Shown here: piece after piece, positions 13,255 through 24,989 of the stretch
Layout: the number at the start of each line of letters is the position of its first letter
Numbering within the stretch: position 1 is the first letter of the stretch
From: Octopus sinensis
Lineage: Eukaryota
Length of the DNA: 64,000 nucleotides
Assembly: GCF_006345805.1 (NCBI RefSeq)
Contig: NC_043002.1
Location: forward strand, 114,080,001-114,144,000
Reading direction: 5' to 3'
The notes under the pieces: model-generated
Told to the model about the DNA's origin: nothing
Databases searched by the model: none
The model's input: only the letters and a program-made list of their open reading frames with translations
Position numbers and translations under genes: made by a program

Positions 13255-13617
13255 ATGAATGTCTTTTTCTCTTTTAATTTAGAGTAAATTTTGACCAGCT
13301 GCCGACTTGGTAACACGGTTTATAAGGAAAGCATCATGATTTAACCAACATCCTTTAAATCTGAAGAAAGTTTTGCAGATTTCTTTTATAGACTTGGATA
13401 TCGTGGTCATTTGTAGCTTATGAATTAAAGATTTGCATTCTCTCCCCAAGATTCCAAGTTCAGTCATACTTTGCTCCGGACAGTTTGGTATGTATCCTGT
13501 TGCTCCAGTAGTAGAAGATGAAAGAGTATCTTGGGTACTGGATTTGCAAACTCCTTATTAATGATCGATAGATGTCCTCTTTCTTTTGTATTTTTCTAAC
13601 CACATTTGTGTCCAGGG
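13255..13617 (-). pseudogene. R4/Dong-like (REL endonuclease) LINE 3' fragment
   Basis: GATGYIPNC..MTELGI..LIHKLQMTTISKSIKEICKTFFRFK parallels the C-terminus of the 14575-15300 copy. Confidence 0.7.
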
Positions 13618-13961
13618 TATGTATGTATGTGTGTATGTATGTATGATAAAAATTGTCATTAACATTAATGATTTCTCTTCTTATTATGAATGTAATTTCA
13701 AAAGATTAAAAATTCATTTTGGTTCACCACATTTTTGTATTTAGGTTTTTAAACTGGCTGTGCCTGGTAATTGTTTGAATAACCTCAGATGGTCAAGAAT
13801 ATACATGTACATATATAATCTTGAGAGAATTTTGATGAGAATGTTCCACCAATATTCCTTGTGTATGAATATATTAGACATACATACATACATACATACA
13901 TACATGCAGATATACATGCATACATACATGCATGCATACATGCATACATACATACATACAT

Positions 13962-14560
13962 GATGATGGCTGCCCCCTCGTTATCGAGTATGGCCATTGC
14001 ACGAAGCTTAACTGTTACTGGTGCTGTGATCGAATGTGACTTTTTAGTCCAGCTAAAGATCTACAATGACTTGTACAGAATTGGCAACTAAAACCTTTAC
14101 CGGTAATAGCCAACTGTAGTTGTAACTGGGCTTCATGTAGCTTTGCATGTCGTTTAAGTCCTCCTGCTGAATTACACTCTCTTCCACATGCCCGACAGAT
14201 ATGATTAGCATGGTGTGTTACACCACCACCAGTGGCCAGGTTGTCACTCATCTATCTTGCTTTATGACTACGAAGATGACTCTTGAGTCCAGCTTTACTG
14301 AGGCAGGGTCTTGCACAGACACTGCATGTCAGCATCATAGGAAGACCCTTCCCATCTGGAAGTGCAACAGCAATGCCCTTCCTGACATCCCTCCTTACTT
14401 TCTCATGTGCAACTCGAGATTTCTCAAAAGTGGCTGTCCCGTCGTGCACAATCCTTCTCCACCTGCTACGATCAATAGCTATGCCTTCCCATGTGTCAGG
14501 AGAGATGCAATCATCTCTTAAGGAAACCTTCAGCAAGTCCTTATACCTCTTTTTTGGTTT
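13962..14560 (-). pseudogene. RTE LINE 3' fragment, same family as 10881-13044
   Basis: Same 3' end ggccatactcgataacgagggggcagcc; KPKKRYKDLLK..DRSRWR; C2H2-like fingers. Confidence 0.92.
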
Positions 14561-14574
14561 ATACATACATACAT

Positions 14575-15300
14575 AGATATAGAAGGGTATACGTTTGCAA
14601 TCCAGGAACATGAAGTATCAACCAAGTAATTGATGCACAAAAGGTACAGAGATGCAGGAAAAGCAGTAAAATGTGACAACCGATGCAGACTTTGTGGAGT
14701 TCACGTTGAAAATATCACCCACATCATAAACAGTTATCTGAAAATGTCAACACAGTATTAACTGCCAATGAGACATGATGCTGTAGCTAGGGCACTATGA
14801 TAAAATCTGTAGGAAGGATAACCCCCAGGACAAAGAAATAAGAACCCACAGTGTGGTAGAAGCCATAGCCACTCATAATAAAAAGGAATACTGGTGGAAT
14901 GTCCCAGTGAAGACCTCAATAAAATGTAAGCACAACAAACCTGACACAAGGATTTGGGATATAAGAAGAAAAACTGCACAGTTGTGGAAATTAGCTACCC
15001 AGCGGGTGTTAACATAAAGCTGAAGATCAGAGAAAAAGAGAACACCTATGCTGAACTATTGAGAAATCTGCAGTTACTCTATCCTGATTACAAGTTCAAG
15101 TAATTATTGTAATTGTTGGTCCCTGGGATATGTAACACTCTGCCTAAATACCAATCTAGAGAAATTAGGCTTCTCAAAACCAAAAAGGAGAAAATTAATT
15201 TGAAGACTACAGATCCAATCCATCACTGGAACTGTAAAAATCTGTAAAGTTTTCCTGAAGTTTATCATTTAAATATATATGAGCATGTCTAGATATGCAA
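14575..15300 (+). pseudogene. R4/Dong-like LINE 3' fragment (CCHC knuckle plus REL endonuclease)
   Basis: EGYTFAIQE..CRLCG..ENITHII..RHDAVA..WWNVPVKT..HNKPD..KE.TY..L..LYPDYKF..LG..LQIQSITGTVKICKVFLKF. Confidence 0.85.
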
Positions 15301-15322
15301 CTACATACATACACATACATAC

Positions 15323-15703
15323 AGGAGTGGCTGTGTGGTAAGTAGCTTGCTTACGAACCATGTGGTTCTGGGTTCAGTCCCACTGTGTGGCACTTTGGGC
15401 AAGTGTCTTCTACTCTAGCCTCGGGCCGACCAAAGCCTTGTGAGTGGATTTGGTAGACGGAAACTGAAAGAAGCCTGTCGTATATATGTATATATATCTA
15501 TGTTTGTGTGTCTGTGTTTGTCCCCCTAGCATTGCTTGACAACCGATACTGGTGTGTTAATGTCCCCGTAACTTAGCGGTTCGGCAAAAGAGACTGATAG
15601 AATAAGTACTGGGCTTACAAAGAATAAGTCCCGGGGTGGAGTTGCTTGATTAAAGGCGGTGCTCCAGCATGGCCGCAGTCAAATGACTGAAACAAGTAAA
15701 AAG
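15323..15703 (+). mobile_element. tRNA-derived SINE family B, full length
   Basis: aggagtggctgtgtggtaag head, gggttcagtccc B box, internal (TA)n, tail gactgaaacaagtaaaa. Confidence 0.9.
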
Positions 15704-16826
15704 AAAAAAGAAAAAAAAAGAGATATGTACGTACATACATGCATACATAAATACATGCATACATACATACAAAGAAAAACACCCTGTTGTTGAAGTTGAA
15801 ATTTCAATGGTGTGGTTAGGGAGCCTGCTTCCTAGCTACAAGGTTTTGGGTTCAGTCCCACTGCGTGGCACTTTGGGTAGGTGTCTTCCACTATAGCCCT
15901 GAGCCGACCGGAGCTTTGTGATTGAATTCGGTAGGCGGAAGTTACTGCCGTGTGTGTATGTGTGCGTATAGCTGCTCAGTGCCTCTCCGAAAGAGAGAGA
16001 GAGGGAGGGAACCTTGGATCTAGGTTACAAACCGGTTCTTTCTCTATTGACAAGAAATCTTGAAATAGAACGGAACAATGACATACATAAGTTGTCAAAC
16101 CTGTTTGCGTTTACAAGAAGAAAAAGAAGATATTTTAATTTAGTGATAGCAATATTTAGTTGCAGCGTGGAAGGTGTTTGTAAGCCATTTAAGAAACACA
16201 CAAAAGCCGTTCGATTCACTTCAACATTTAAGTTTAATTTAGTTGAATTTTAGGAAAGATAATATCCAAACATATACATCTATCAATCGGGAACCCCCGC
16301 TTTGTATATAGGATATCATCTTACCCGATGACTGTATGAAAATGCTTAAATTTTCCCTTATGCAGGTGTAAAAAACATCTCAAGGTCTCTCCTAGTTTAC
16401 TGTTAAGTAATTGGTGTTTCGATGGAAATTCTGAATAACCTAAAACTGCATCATCATGAAACCATAAAATGGCAAAAGAGACGAATAAGACCCAGTACTA
16501 GGCTTTAAAAAATACGTATGGGGTCGATTTATTCAACTACAGATTTTTCTAGACGGAGCCTCAGCATGACTGCTGTCCAATGACTGAAACAAGAAATAAA
16601 AGAAATATATGTACGTATATCTTTCTCTTTTACTTGTTTCAGTCATTTGACTGCGGCCATGCTGGAGCACCGCCTTTAATCAAGCAACTCGATCCCGGGA
16701 CTTATTCTTTTGTAAGCCCAGTACTTATTCTATCGGTCTCTTTTGCCGAACCGCTAAGTAACGGGGACATAAACACACCAGCATCGGTTGTCAAGCAATG
16801 CTAGGGGGACAAACACAGACACACAA

Positions 16827-16859
<33 letters not shown>

Positions 16860-16860
16860 C

Positions 16861-17348
16861 ATTTCAACAATTGAGGGTAAAATTAATTAATTAATTAATC
16901 AATTTCACCAAGTATTCAGTATGCAAAGGGACCATTTAAGGCAAATTCAAATTATTACATTATATAAAAGGGCTTAGTAAAATAAATTACTTTGCCGCAT
17001 ACTGAACTCGTTAGAAATAGCAGCTAAAAAAACTTTTTATAAAACTATTTCCAACACTTAAAGAAAACCTCTCTCATATAGTGTTTGCTCAATTCAACTC
17101 AAGGAAGTATGGGGGTAGAGACATTAAAAAATCAAATGCAAAGGTTATTTGAGTACGTACGTTTCAAGATTAGTCAAAATCGACCCTTCTCTCATCAGCT
17201 CAGAATGCCCTTGTTTGAATTTGAAAACACTGAAAATGGGAGCATACCCTTTCGGCTTGTTATCGCTTCTGAAGATCTGCTCCAAACTTCTAACGAGTTC
17301 AGTATGCGGCAAAGTAATTTATTTTACTAAGCCCTTTTATATAATGTA
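16861..17348 (-). mobile_element. Penelope-like non-coding element with a 61-bp inverted repeat
   Basis: Perfect IR 16956-17016 / 17288-17348, (TTAA)n tract, hammerhead inside, inserted in (TA)n. Confidence 0.65.
17150..17202 (-). ncRNA. Minimal type I hammerhead ribozyme
   Basis: Minus strand: TGAG CTGATGA GAGA..GTC-gatttt-GAC..TCTT GAAA C-GTAC-G TA CTCA; full core, stems I-III, GUA site. Confidence 0.8.
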
Positions 17349-17654
17349 TATATATATACATATATACGACGGGCTTTTTTCAGTTTCCGTCTACCAAATC
17401 CACTCACAAGGCTTTGGTCGGCCCGAGGCTATAGTAGAAGACACTTGCCCAAGGTGCCTCGCAGTGGGACTGAACCCGAAACCATGTAGTTGGTAAACAA
17501 GCTACTTACCACACAGCCATTCCTGCGCCTATATATATATTTCATTGGAAGAATCAATTTATTAGACGGAGTCAAATAAATGGAACAGCTTTTGATGGTA
17601 ATAACGTCCTAAATGGAAGAAGTATTTTCATCTAGAATATGTGTGTGTGTGTGA

Positions 17655-17990
17655 TGAAGGCGTATGGCTGAGTGGTTAGAGTGTCAGGTCCTCAATCACG
17701 TGGTTGTGAGTTCGATTCCCGTGCTTGGCTGTATGTTGTGTTCTTGAGCAAGACACTTTATTTTCATGTTGCCCTAGTTCACTCAGCTGTAGAAACGAAC
17801 TGCGACGTCACTAGTGCCAAACTGTATCGGCCCCTTTGCCTTTCCCTTGGATAACATCAGTGGTGTGGAGAGGAGAGCCTGGTATGCATGGGTGACTGTT
17901 GGTCTTCCATAAATAACCTTTCCCGCAGACTTGTGCCTCGGAGGGGAACTTTCTAGGTGCAATCCCATGGTCATTCATGACCGAAGCTGA
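17655..17990 (+). mobile_element. tRNA-derived SINE family D
   Basis: tggctgagtggttag A box, gagttcgattccc B box, cttgagcaagacactt central block; a partial minus copy lies at 61600-61755. Confidence 0.75.
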
Positions 17991-18026
17991 TCATTACTCA
18001 TAATATATATATATATTTATCTATAC

Positions 18027-18410
18027 AGGAGTGGCTGTGTGGTAAGTAGCTTGCTAACCAACCACATGGTTCCGGGTTCAGTCCCACTGCGTGGCATCTT
18101 GGGCAACTGTCCTCTGCTATAGCCCCGGGCCGACCAATGCCTTGTGAGTGGATTTGGTAGACAGAAACTGAAAGAAGCCTGTCGTATATATGTATATATA
18201 TATGTGCGTATGTGTGTTTGTTTATGTGTGTGTGTTTGTCCCCCTAACATTACTGGTGTGTTTACGTTCCCGTCACCTAGCGGTTTGGCAAAAGAGACTG
18301 ATAGAATAAGTACTGGGCTTACAAAGAATAAGTCCCGGGGTCGATTTGCTCGACTAAAGGCGGTGCTCCAGCATGGTCGCAGTCAAATGACTGAAACAAG
18401 TAAAAGAGTA
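18027..18410 (+). mobile_element. SINE family B, full length
   Basis: Colinear with 15323-15703. Confidence 0.9.
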
Positions 18411-18738
18411 AAGAGTATACTATTTTATGAAATCTGCCCAAAAATTCCCAAACTGACTCAGGGAGCTTCACATGACAGTTTGTCAGACAGTTATGATAAT
18501 ACATGTATTGTCACACGTTTGACAAATGGTCACATGAAAATCTGAGTAACAGTTTCTGAATATTTTTCGGCTTGAGTAAAATTGTATTTTCCTCTACCTT
18601 TGACATTCGACTGCTTTGATATTCGATTACTCTTTCTTAGGCTTGCCAACTGAGTGAAAATATACTTCGCTAAGAAGTTTTAATAACACTGAAACACATC
18701 CGTTGCTTTTATCAGTTGATTTTGAAGATCACATCCAA

Positions 18739-18749
18739 GAGAGAGAGAA

Positions 18750-18833
<84 letters not shown>

Positions 18834-18859
18834 AGAGAGAAAGAGAGAGAGAGAGAGAG
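18739..18859. repeat. (GA)n microsatellite
   Basis: Direct. Confidence 0.98.
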
Positions 18860-18987
18860 GGACATTACGCTATCATTCTCTCTCTCTCCCTTTCTCTTTC
18901 TCTCAGTCACTCACTCACTCAAAAATGATGCAAGGAAAAATAAATTTTAAAAACGTACGCTGTCATTCTGTCCCTCACACACACATT

Positions 18988-21120
18988 GGATCTTTTCCTT
19001 TTGTACGGCACATGTCAACACAATTTCTAGTTAACTAAACACTTTTAAACTTTGTATACTGGTAGAATGTGTTTATAAAACATCATTTTTTTCTTGGCTT
19101 TATTGAGAAATTTCTATAGTTTGTAAGATATTTCATCTGAAATTTCGAGCATTTAGGCAATTTTAACCAATCGCTCACCTCCATTTGGGGTGAAAACATT
19201 CCGTGCCGTATGAATATGTCCCTCATTTAAGAAACAGATTGGGTTTATTTATATTTGCGAAGAAGAAAAAGATACCCTTCCCCCACCCCTAACCCTAACC
19301 CTAAATCTAAAATAGATTGAAATGCAATAGATCAATACTAGGGTTATAATTATGGGTGACAATTTCATACGACACCGCTACGGAAAATGGAATTTTTTTC
19401 TAGCGGTGTCAAATGAAAATGTCACCCATAATTATAACCCTAGTATCGATCTATTGCATTTCAATCTATTTTAGATTTAGAGTTAGATTTAGGGTTAGAG
19501 GTGGGGGAAGGATATCTTTTTCCTTTGCAAATGTAAATAAACCCAATCTGTTTCTTAAACGAGGGACATATTCATACAGCACGGAACGTTTTCACCCCAA
19601 ATGGAGGTCAGCGATTGGTTAAAATTACTGAAATGCTTGAAATTTCAGACGAAATATCTTACAAACTATAGAATTTTCTCAATAAAGCCAAGGGATCTTT
19701 TCCTTTTGATGGACGGAATTCAACACAATTTCTAGTTAACTAAACAGTTTGAAACTTCGTATACTGGTAGAATGTGTCAAAAGAAAACATTTTTTTCACT
19801 TGGCTTTTTTGAGAAAATTGTAATTTGTAAGTTTAATGTAGTTTAATTCTTCGAATTTTAACCAATGAATTGCCAGCATTTGAGCTCAAATCATTTGCTG
19901 CGTTATCGATATTGATAAACAAACGAGGAGACGCACGCCGCATACACACACACACACACATGTATTCAGATACATACACATGTACACTTGCACACACACA
20001 CACACACACACTCTGTCACTCTCTCTCTCTCTCTCTCTCTCTCTCAAACACATGCATATACATTTGCACAAGCACATAGTAATTAATATATAAGCGTACA
20101 CACACATACAAACGGAGATATACATACACACACATACGCACACAAGCATACATACACGTTCGTCATGCACACACATACGCACACAAGCATACATACACGT
20201 TCGTGAGTTCGCACTGTTGTCGATAGAATCGACTTAATACTTTTGTATCTCATGCTTTGTCCCCCCTGTGTTTTGCCCCTTGCCGGAACAAATTTACACA
20301 AAAGGTAAATAAACCAGAAGAAGAGGGGTCAATGTTTCATCGTTTCGGGGTCGATAAATTAAGTACCAATTACGCACAGGTGTCGTGGATTTTTTCCCCA
20401 ATTTATATCACAGCCTCCGACAAGCTGGGGCATCCTTTTATGAATAAATATTTCGCAAATTTTTACAATACGACCCACACTCCACGTGCACCCTCATATC
20501 CCACTCTAGACCGATTTAGGCATATTATTGTTTTGTTTTTTTGTTGTTTTTGGCCCTTCAAAACCATGGGAGAAGCCTTTTCGGTAAAAAAAAAGAAAAT
20601 TTTCAAAAAATATCATTAATATTTTTATTGGGCAACGAAATTCATCGATTTAAGAGATATGGCTGTTATTTCTAGCACATGCCTCGTTTGTTTATCAATA
20701 TCGATGAGCGAGACAGACAGAAGAGAGAAGGATGAATAACACGTGTGTGAGTGTGTGTGCGCGCTGTTTACGTTGTAACAGGATGTCTGAGTTTTTAGAC
20801 GCAGCAAATGATTTGAGCTCAAATGCTGGCAATTCATTGGTTAAAATTCGAAAAATTAAACTACGTTAAACTTACAAATTACAAATTTATCAAAAAAGCC
20901 AAGTGAAAAAATGTTTTCTTTTGACACATTCTACCAGTATACGAAGTTTCAAATTGTTTAGTTAACTAGAAATTGTGTTGAATTCCGTCCATCAAAAGGA
21001 AAAGATCCAAGCCAAGAAAAAATGATGTTTTATAAGCACATTCTACCAGTATACGAAGATTAAAAGTGTTTAGTTAACTAGAAATTGTGTTGACATGTGC
21101 CGTTCAAAAGGAAAAGATCC
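18988..21120. mobile_element. Foldback MITE with GGATCTTTTC termini (Merlin-like), 8-bp TSD, containing a nested copy
   Basis: TIR ggatcttttcctttt..; TSD cacacatt / cacacatc; arms ~395 bp folding back around ~19385. Confidence 0.85.
19693..21008. mobile_element. Nested MITE of the same family with a perfect 8-bp TSD
   Basis: TIRs ~210 bp; aagccaag at 19685-19692 and 21009-21016. Confidence 0.92.
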
Positions 21121-21523
21121 CACACATCAACACACCTTCTCTCTTACTCTCTCTCACACACACACACATACACACACAATAATGTCGCTATTGCAAGAAG
21201 GAGACTTTACTCATGTTAGCAAACTTTTCCCCAACGTTCAAAATTGGTAAAAGTTTTGGTTGAAAGTCGAGTTTTACCGCTATCCACGGGTGCCTCGGGG
21301 AAAATAAGTTAACAAAAGCTCAGCCATGGTCGTAACCAATATCCTCCTAAAATTGGAGCGATATGCGTGTTAATTTGTAGACGTGCATAAATTACAAACA
21401 CTCACACACACATAGATGTATGGTTAGCTGCGCTTAACTACAGGGTCGACTTAACAGCTTTATAGGCCTCCGGACGAATCAATGTATTGGTCCCTATAAT
21501 ATTTTTATTGATTGCAAGCCACA

Positions 21524-21919
21524 TCTTTATATATAAAAGTGAGGTTGTGTGCTGTCTGTCTCCTACGATTTAGATTCCTAACTACTCCCACATTTTGCGG
21601 TGCAGTTTAACCAAAACCGGGTATCTTATAGTCGTGATTCATATTGAGCCCTTCTGGGTATTAGCGCGCGTCTACAATGAGTCTACGATTTAAAAAAAAA
21701 TTTACCATAATTTTTTCCCATTTTTAATGCATTTTTGGCATATATAAGGGAAGTAACTCTCTAAAAATTTATTATTAAATCTCAGAACGTAAAAAGCTAC
21801 AGTACCCACCCCCCTTTGTGGTTAGCCATATTGAGATGGCTATTATACTTTACATCTCTAAAAATGCTTATATAGTTATTTCCCTTACAAACCCGAGCAA
21901 CGCCGGGCGATACTGCTAG
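21524..21919 (+). mobile_element. Non-autonomous Helitron
   Basis: 5' TC after A, 3' hairpin cccgagcaacgccggg then CTAG before T, no TSD. Confidence 0.88.
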
Positions 21920-22852
21920 TATATTATAGAAAGCAAATTTATCTGGGGAAAAAACGAGTAGTCCAACATAAGGAAAATTCGTCACTTCAGTTCTCCAGTT
22001 GCAGCAGTATAAATGATGATACATTACTTACGGATTTCAAACAGGAAGGGAGAAAATACAAATAAATCAGAAATTACTAATCTTACCCTGGTTAATTTTG
22101 ACCCCCCCCCCTACTTATTTTGTACTTAATCAAAGTGTGTTGATTGAGCAGACTTATAATCAAATGCATTTCAAACGTGACCACCCTGTCTTTTATTGAG
22201 GCAGTGTATATTTGAGACGAAACGCACATTTATTTTAAAAGACAGATGTGATTTACAGGAGATTTGGCTGTTATTTCTAGCAGGTTTATTGACCACCTAG
22301 ACAATCCCATCTTGAGCTGGAAAGAAGTGTAAACAGACACTGACTCATTTGTTGACACATAATCATCACAAAAGATTGTACCGATGTGGGAAGGAAAACT
22401 TTAAGCAATCTCTCGGCTGCTAGAAATAGCAGTCAAATGTCCCTTACATAACATCCTTCCATTTTAAATAAGGCGGGACACATTAGATAATGTAGGTCGA
22501 AACAATAGGCTTGGTTGGAAATCATAAGTCCGATTGAAGAGAGCTGACCTAGGGCTAAAAAGCAACAGCTACATACAGTGTACGTGCTTCACCACACGTA
22601 TCGTTTTATTTGTTTACAGTTGACCAGTCAGCGACCAACTTTACTGCGTATGATATTATTCTCGTGTTTGATGCTATTTCTATAATAACTTTCATCATCT
22701 TCGCAAGTCATTGATCCTGCGTAAAAATAACTACCATGAAATAGTAAACACACCTTCACACACGTAACACGTGGCACGTATCTGCCACGGTTGGGATGTA
22801 CCAGCATTAACATTGAAGATAGAGATTAACCGATAATGGTACCACTTAAGAA

Positions 22853-23071
22853 GGCGGCGAGCTGGCAGAATCGTTAGCACGCCGGGCAAAATGCGGAGCC
22901 GTATTTTGTCTGCCGTTCAAATTCCGCCGAGGTCGACTTTGCCTTTCATCCTTTCGGGGTCGATAAATTAAGTACAAGTTTCGCACTGGGGTCGATGTAA
23001 TCGACTTAATCCGTTTGTCTGTCCTTGTTTGTCCTCTCTGTGTTTAGCCCCTAGTGGGCAGTAAAGAAATA
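22853..23071 (+). mobile_element. SINE family A
   Basis: Colinear with 4288-4518; TSD-like ggtaccacttaagaa / ggttctacttaagaa. Confidence 0.9.
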
Positions 23072-23087
23072 GGTTCTACTTAAGAAG

Positions 23088-23287
23088 AGTGGTCCCAGTG
23101 CGCGCACTTGCGTACTCGCGCATCCGCCTGCGCTGGCATCCTACAACGACCACCTAGCAAAGTAAATTAAAACACAAAATAAATAATTTTTTTAAAACAA
23201 AGTAAATAAAACAAAAACATAAAGTAAGGATCGACTAGTCACGACTAGCTAGCGCAGATGCGCGAGTGCGCGCTCCGGGACCACTTT
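23088..23287. mobile_element. ~200-bp GC-rich TIR MITE
   Basis: agtggtcccagtgcgcgcact ... agtgcgcgctccgggaccact inverted ends. Confidence 0.7.
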
Positions 23288-23574
23288 TATAGTTTACTTG
23301 TTTCAGTCATTGGACTGCGGCCATGCTGGGGCATCGTTTTGACGGGTTTTTGTCGAACAAATCGATCCTAATACTTCTTAAGCCTGGTACTTATTCAATG
23401 GGTTTCTCGGTGAACCGCTAAGTTACGAGGACGTAAACACATCAACACCAGAAACTAGTAAACTGGACAAAACGGAGAACACAATTGAAAAAATTAAAAA
23501 GAAAAAAAAAAGAAAGAAGACAGAAAAAAAAACAAAAAAATCACCACCTTGAGTCGAAAAGTTGGGAGCATCGG

Positions 23575-24989
23575 GAAACCTTTCTAATGGCTATTGAGAT
23601 ACGCCAGTTCGCTTGCAGCGTTGCCGCGGGTGATGGCGAGGCTGATGCGCTGCAACAGCCAAGCGCCTTCACGAGCATCACCAGTTACCTCTGCAGGGCG
23701 AGTTGCCAGAGAAGACAGGAATCTCGCAGTAAGTAGCCCGACCCCACCAAACATCTCGAACGTCACAAGATGGACAATGTAGTTGGCCGACAGATCGCGG
23801 TATTTCAGTTCCGCTGGGCCGCAGAAGCTGTGGATCTCGCCCTGACCGCAGCATCCAGGATGTGAGAAGAAGCAAAGGAAACGCTAACTGTGACAGCCCA
23901 GACAAGGCATCTGCCTTGCGACCAGGGGCACATCCAGATGGTTCTAAGATTGAGGGGATGTTTGCCCGAGCTAAGCTCCTCTTGAGGTTCAACTCCGTAT
24001 GACGCGCGAAGCGACCAGCATTCAGGAGACAAGAAAGGCCATGGAGGAGAGGATGTTGCTCACCAGGGTGGAGTAAGCGTGGGTGATGGAAAGAAAGCAG
24101 GGGAGAGAGGGAGGAACACTCACGAAGACCAAGACCTCCAAATTGCTTGTGCAATGCAGCATGATCGCAAGACGTTGCAGAGAGTCTGACATTGACTGAG
24201 CATTCGAGTCTTTCGAAGATTAGGTTGTCGAAGCGTTGGAGGCACGATGGGAGAATCGCTGAAATGAGCTAACTCTAAGTAAATACAGAAGCTTAGGGAT
24301 CGAGAGGTAATTCCTAATTATAAAAAAAACCTTGATGGGGTTCGATAGCTTCAATATCTTTCAACAATTGCTCAAGGGCAGTCACCTTCGATTGGAAGAT
24401 AGACTCAAAGACAAGGTCAGTGATTGGGTGGAACCTAGAGAGCATCAAGCCGATGGGGGAGGGGCTGCAATGGAAGGGAAAGATTCTGCAAAAAGGTCAA
24501 TAGTTGGTTGATGTTTAGAAGCCAGGTGGTTGAGGAACCAGAGCTCATATTTGGAGCTGTTTACTTGGAGACCCCGGCGACTAAGCTCCCCAAACATGTT
24601 AGCAATAGCGAGAACCTTGTCCGGAAGTCCTCCCAAACAAGCATCGTCAAGATACCAGACTTTGAGGCCTAGCTCGACGCCCATCTTGGTGATGTCATCA
24701 ATACTCAGTGCGAACAGAGCGGGCCCTAGTGGGTCGCCCTGTTGGACTCCTGAGGCGGAGGTGATGATTCAGTCACCGAAAGAGAGATAGGAGGGCTCCC
24801 GATAATCCTACCATGCAAGGCGCTAGAGCTGTGGGATCTTCTCTCTTAATGAGCTGAGGATAGCATTGCAGCTGATGAATTTGAAGGCATTCTTAAGGTT
24901 AAGTTTGAGGATGACCTTGGGTGACAAGGAGGGCAAACAAGGCATAGGCTCTGGTAGCGTGGGCGGCAGCTTCACATCCCAATTTATGT
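23575..24989 (-). pseudogene. CRE-clade non-LTR retrotransposon fragment (RT plus REL endonuclease)
   Basis: GCEAAAHATRAY, LKLNLKNAF, GVQQGDPLGP, WYLDD, GGLGLR, IWMCPWSQGRCLVWAVTV, LLQRISLAITRGNAAS. Confidence 0.88.

Larger units (their letters stand above)
16609..17530 (-). mobile_element. SINE family B split by a ribozyme-bearing insertion
   Basis: 3' half at 16609-16845 and 5' half at 17350-17530, interrupted at its internal (TA)n. Confidence 0.85.
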
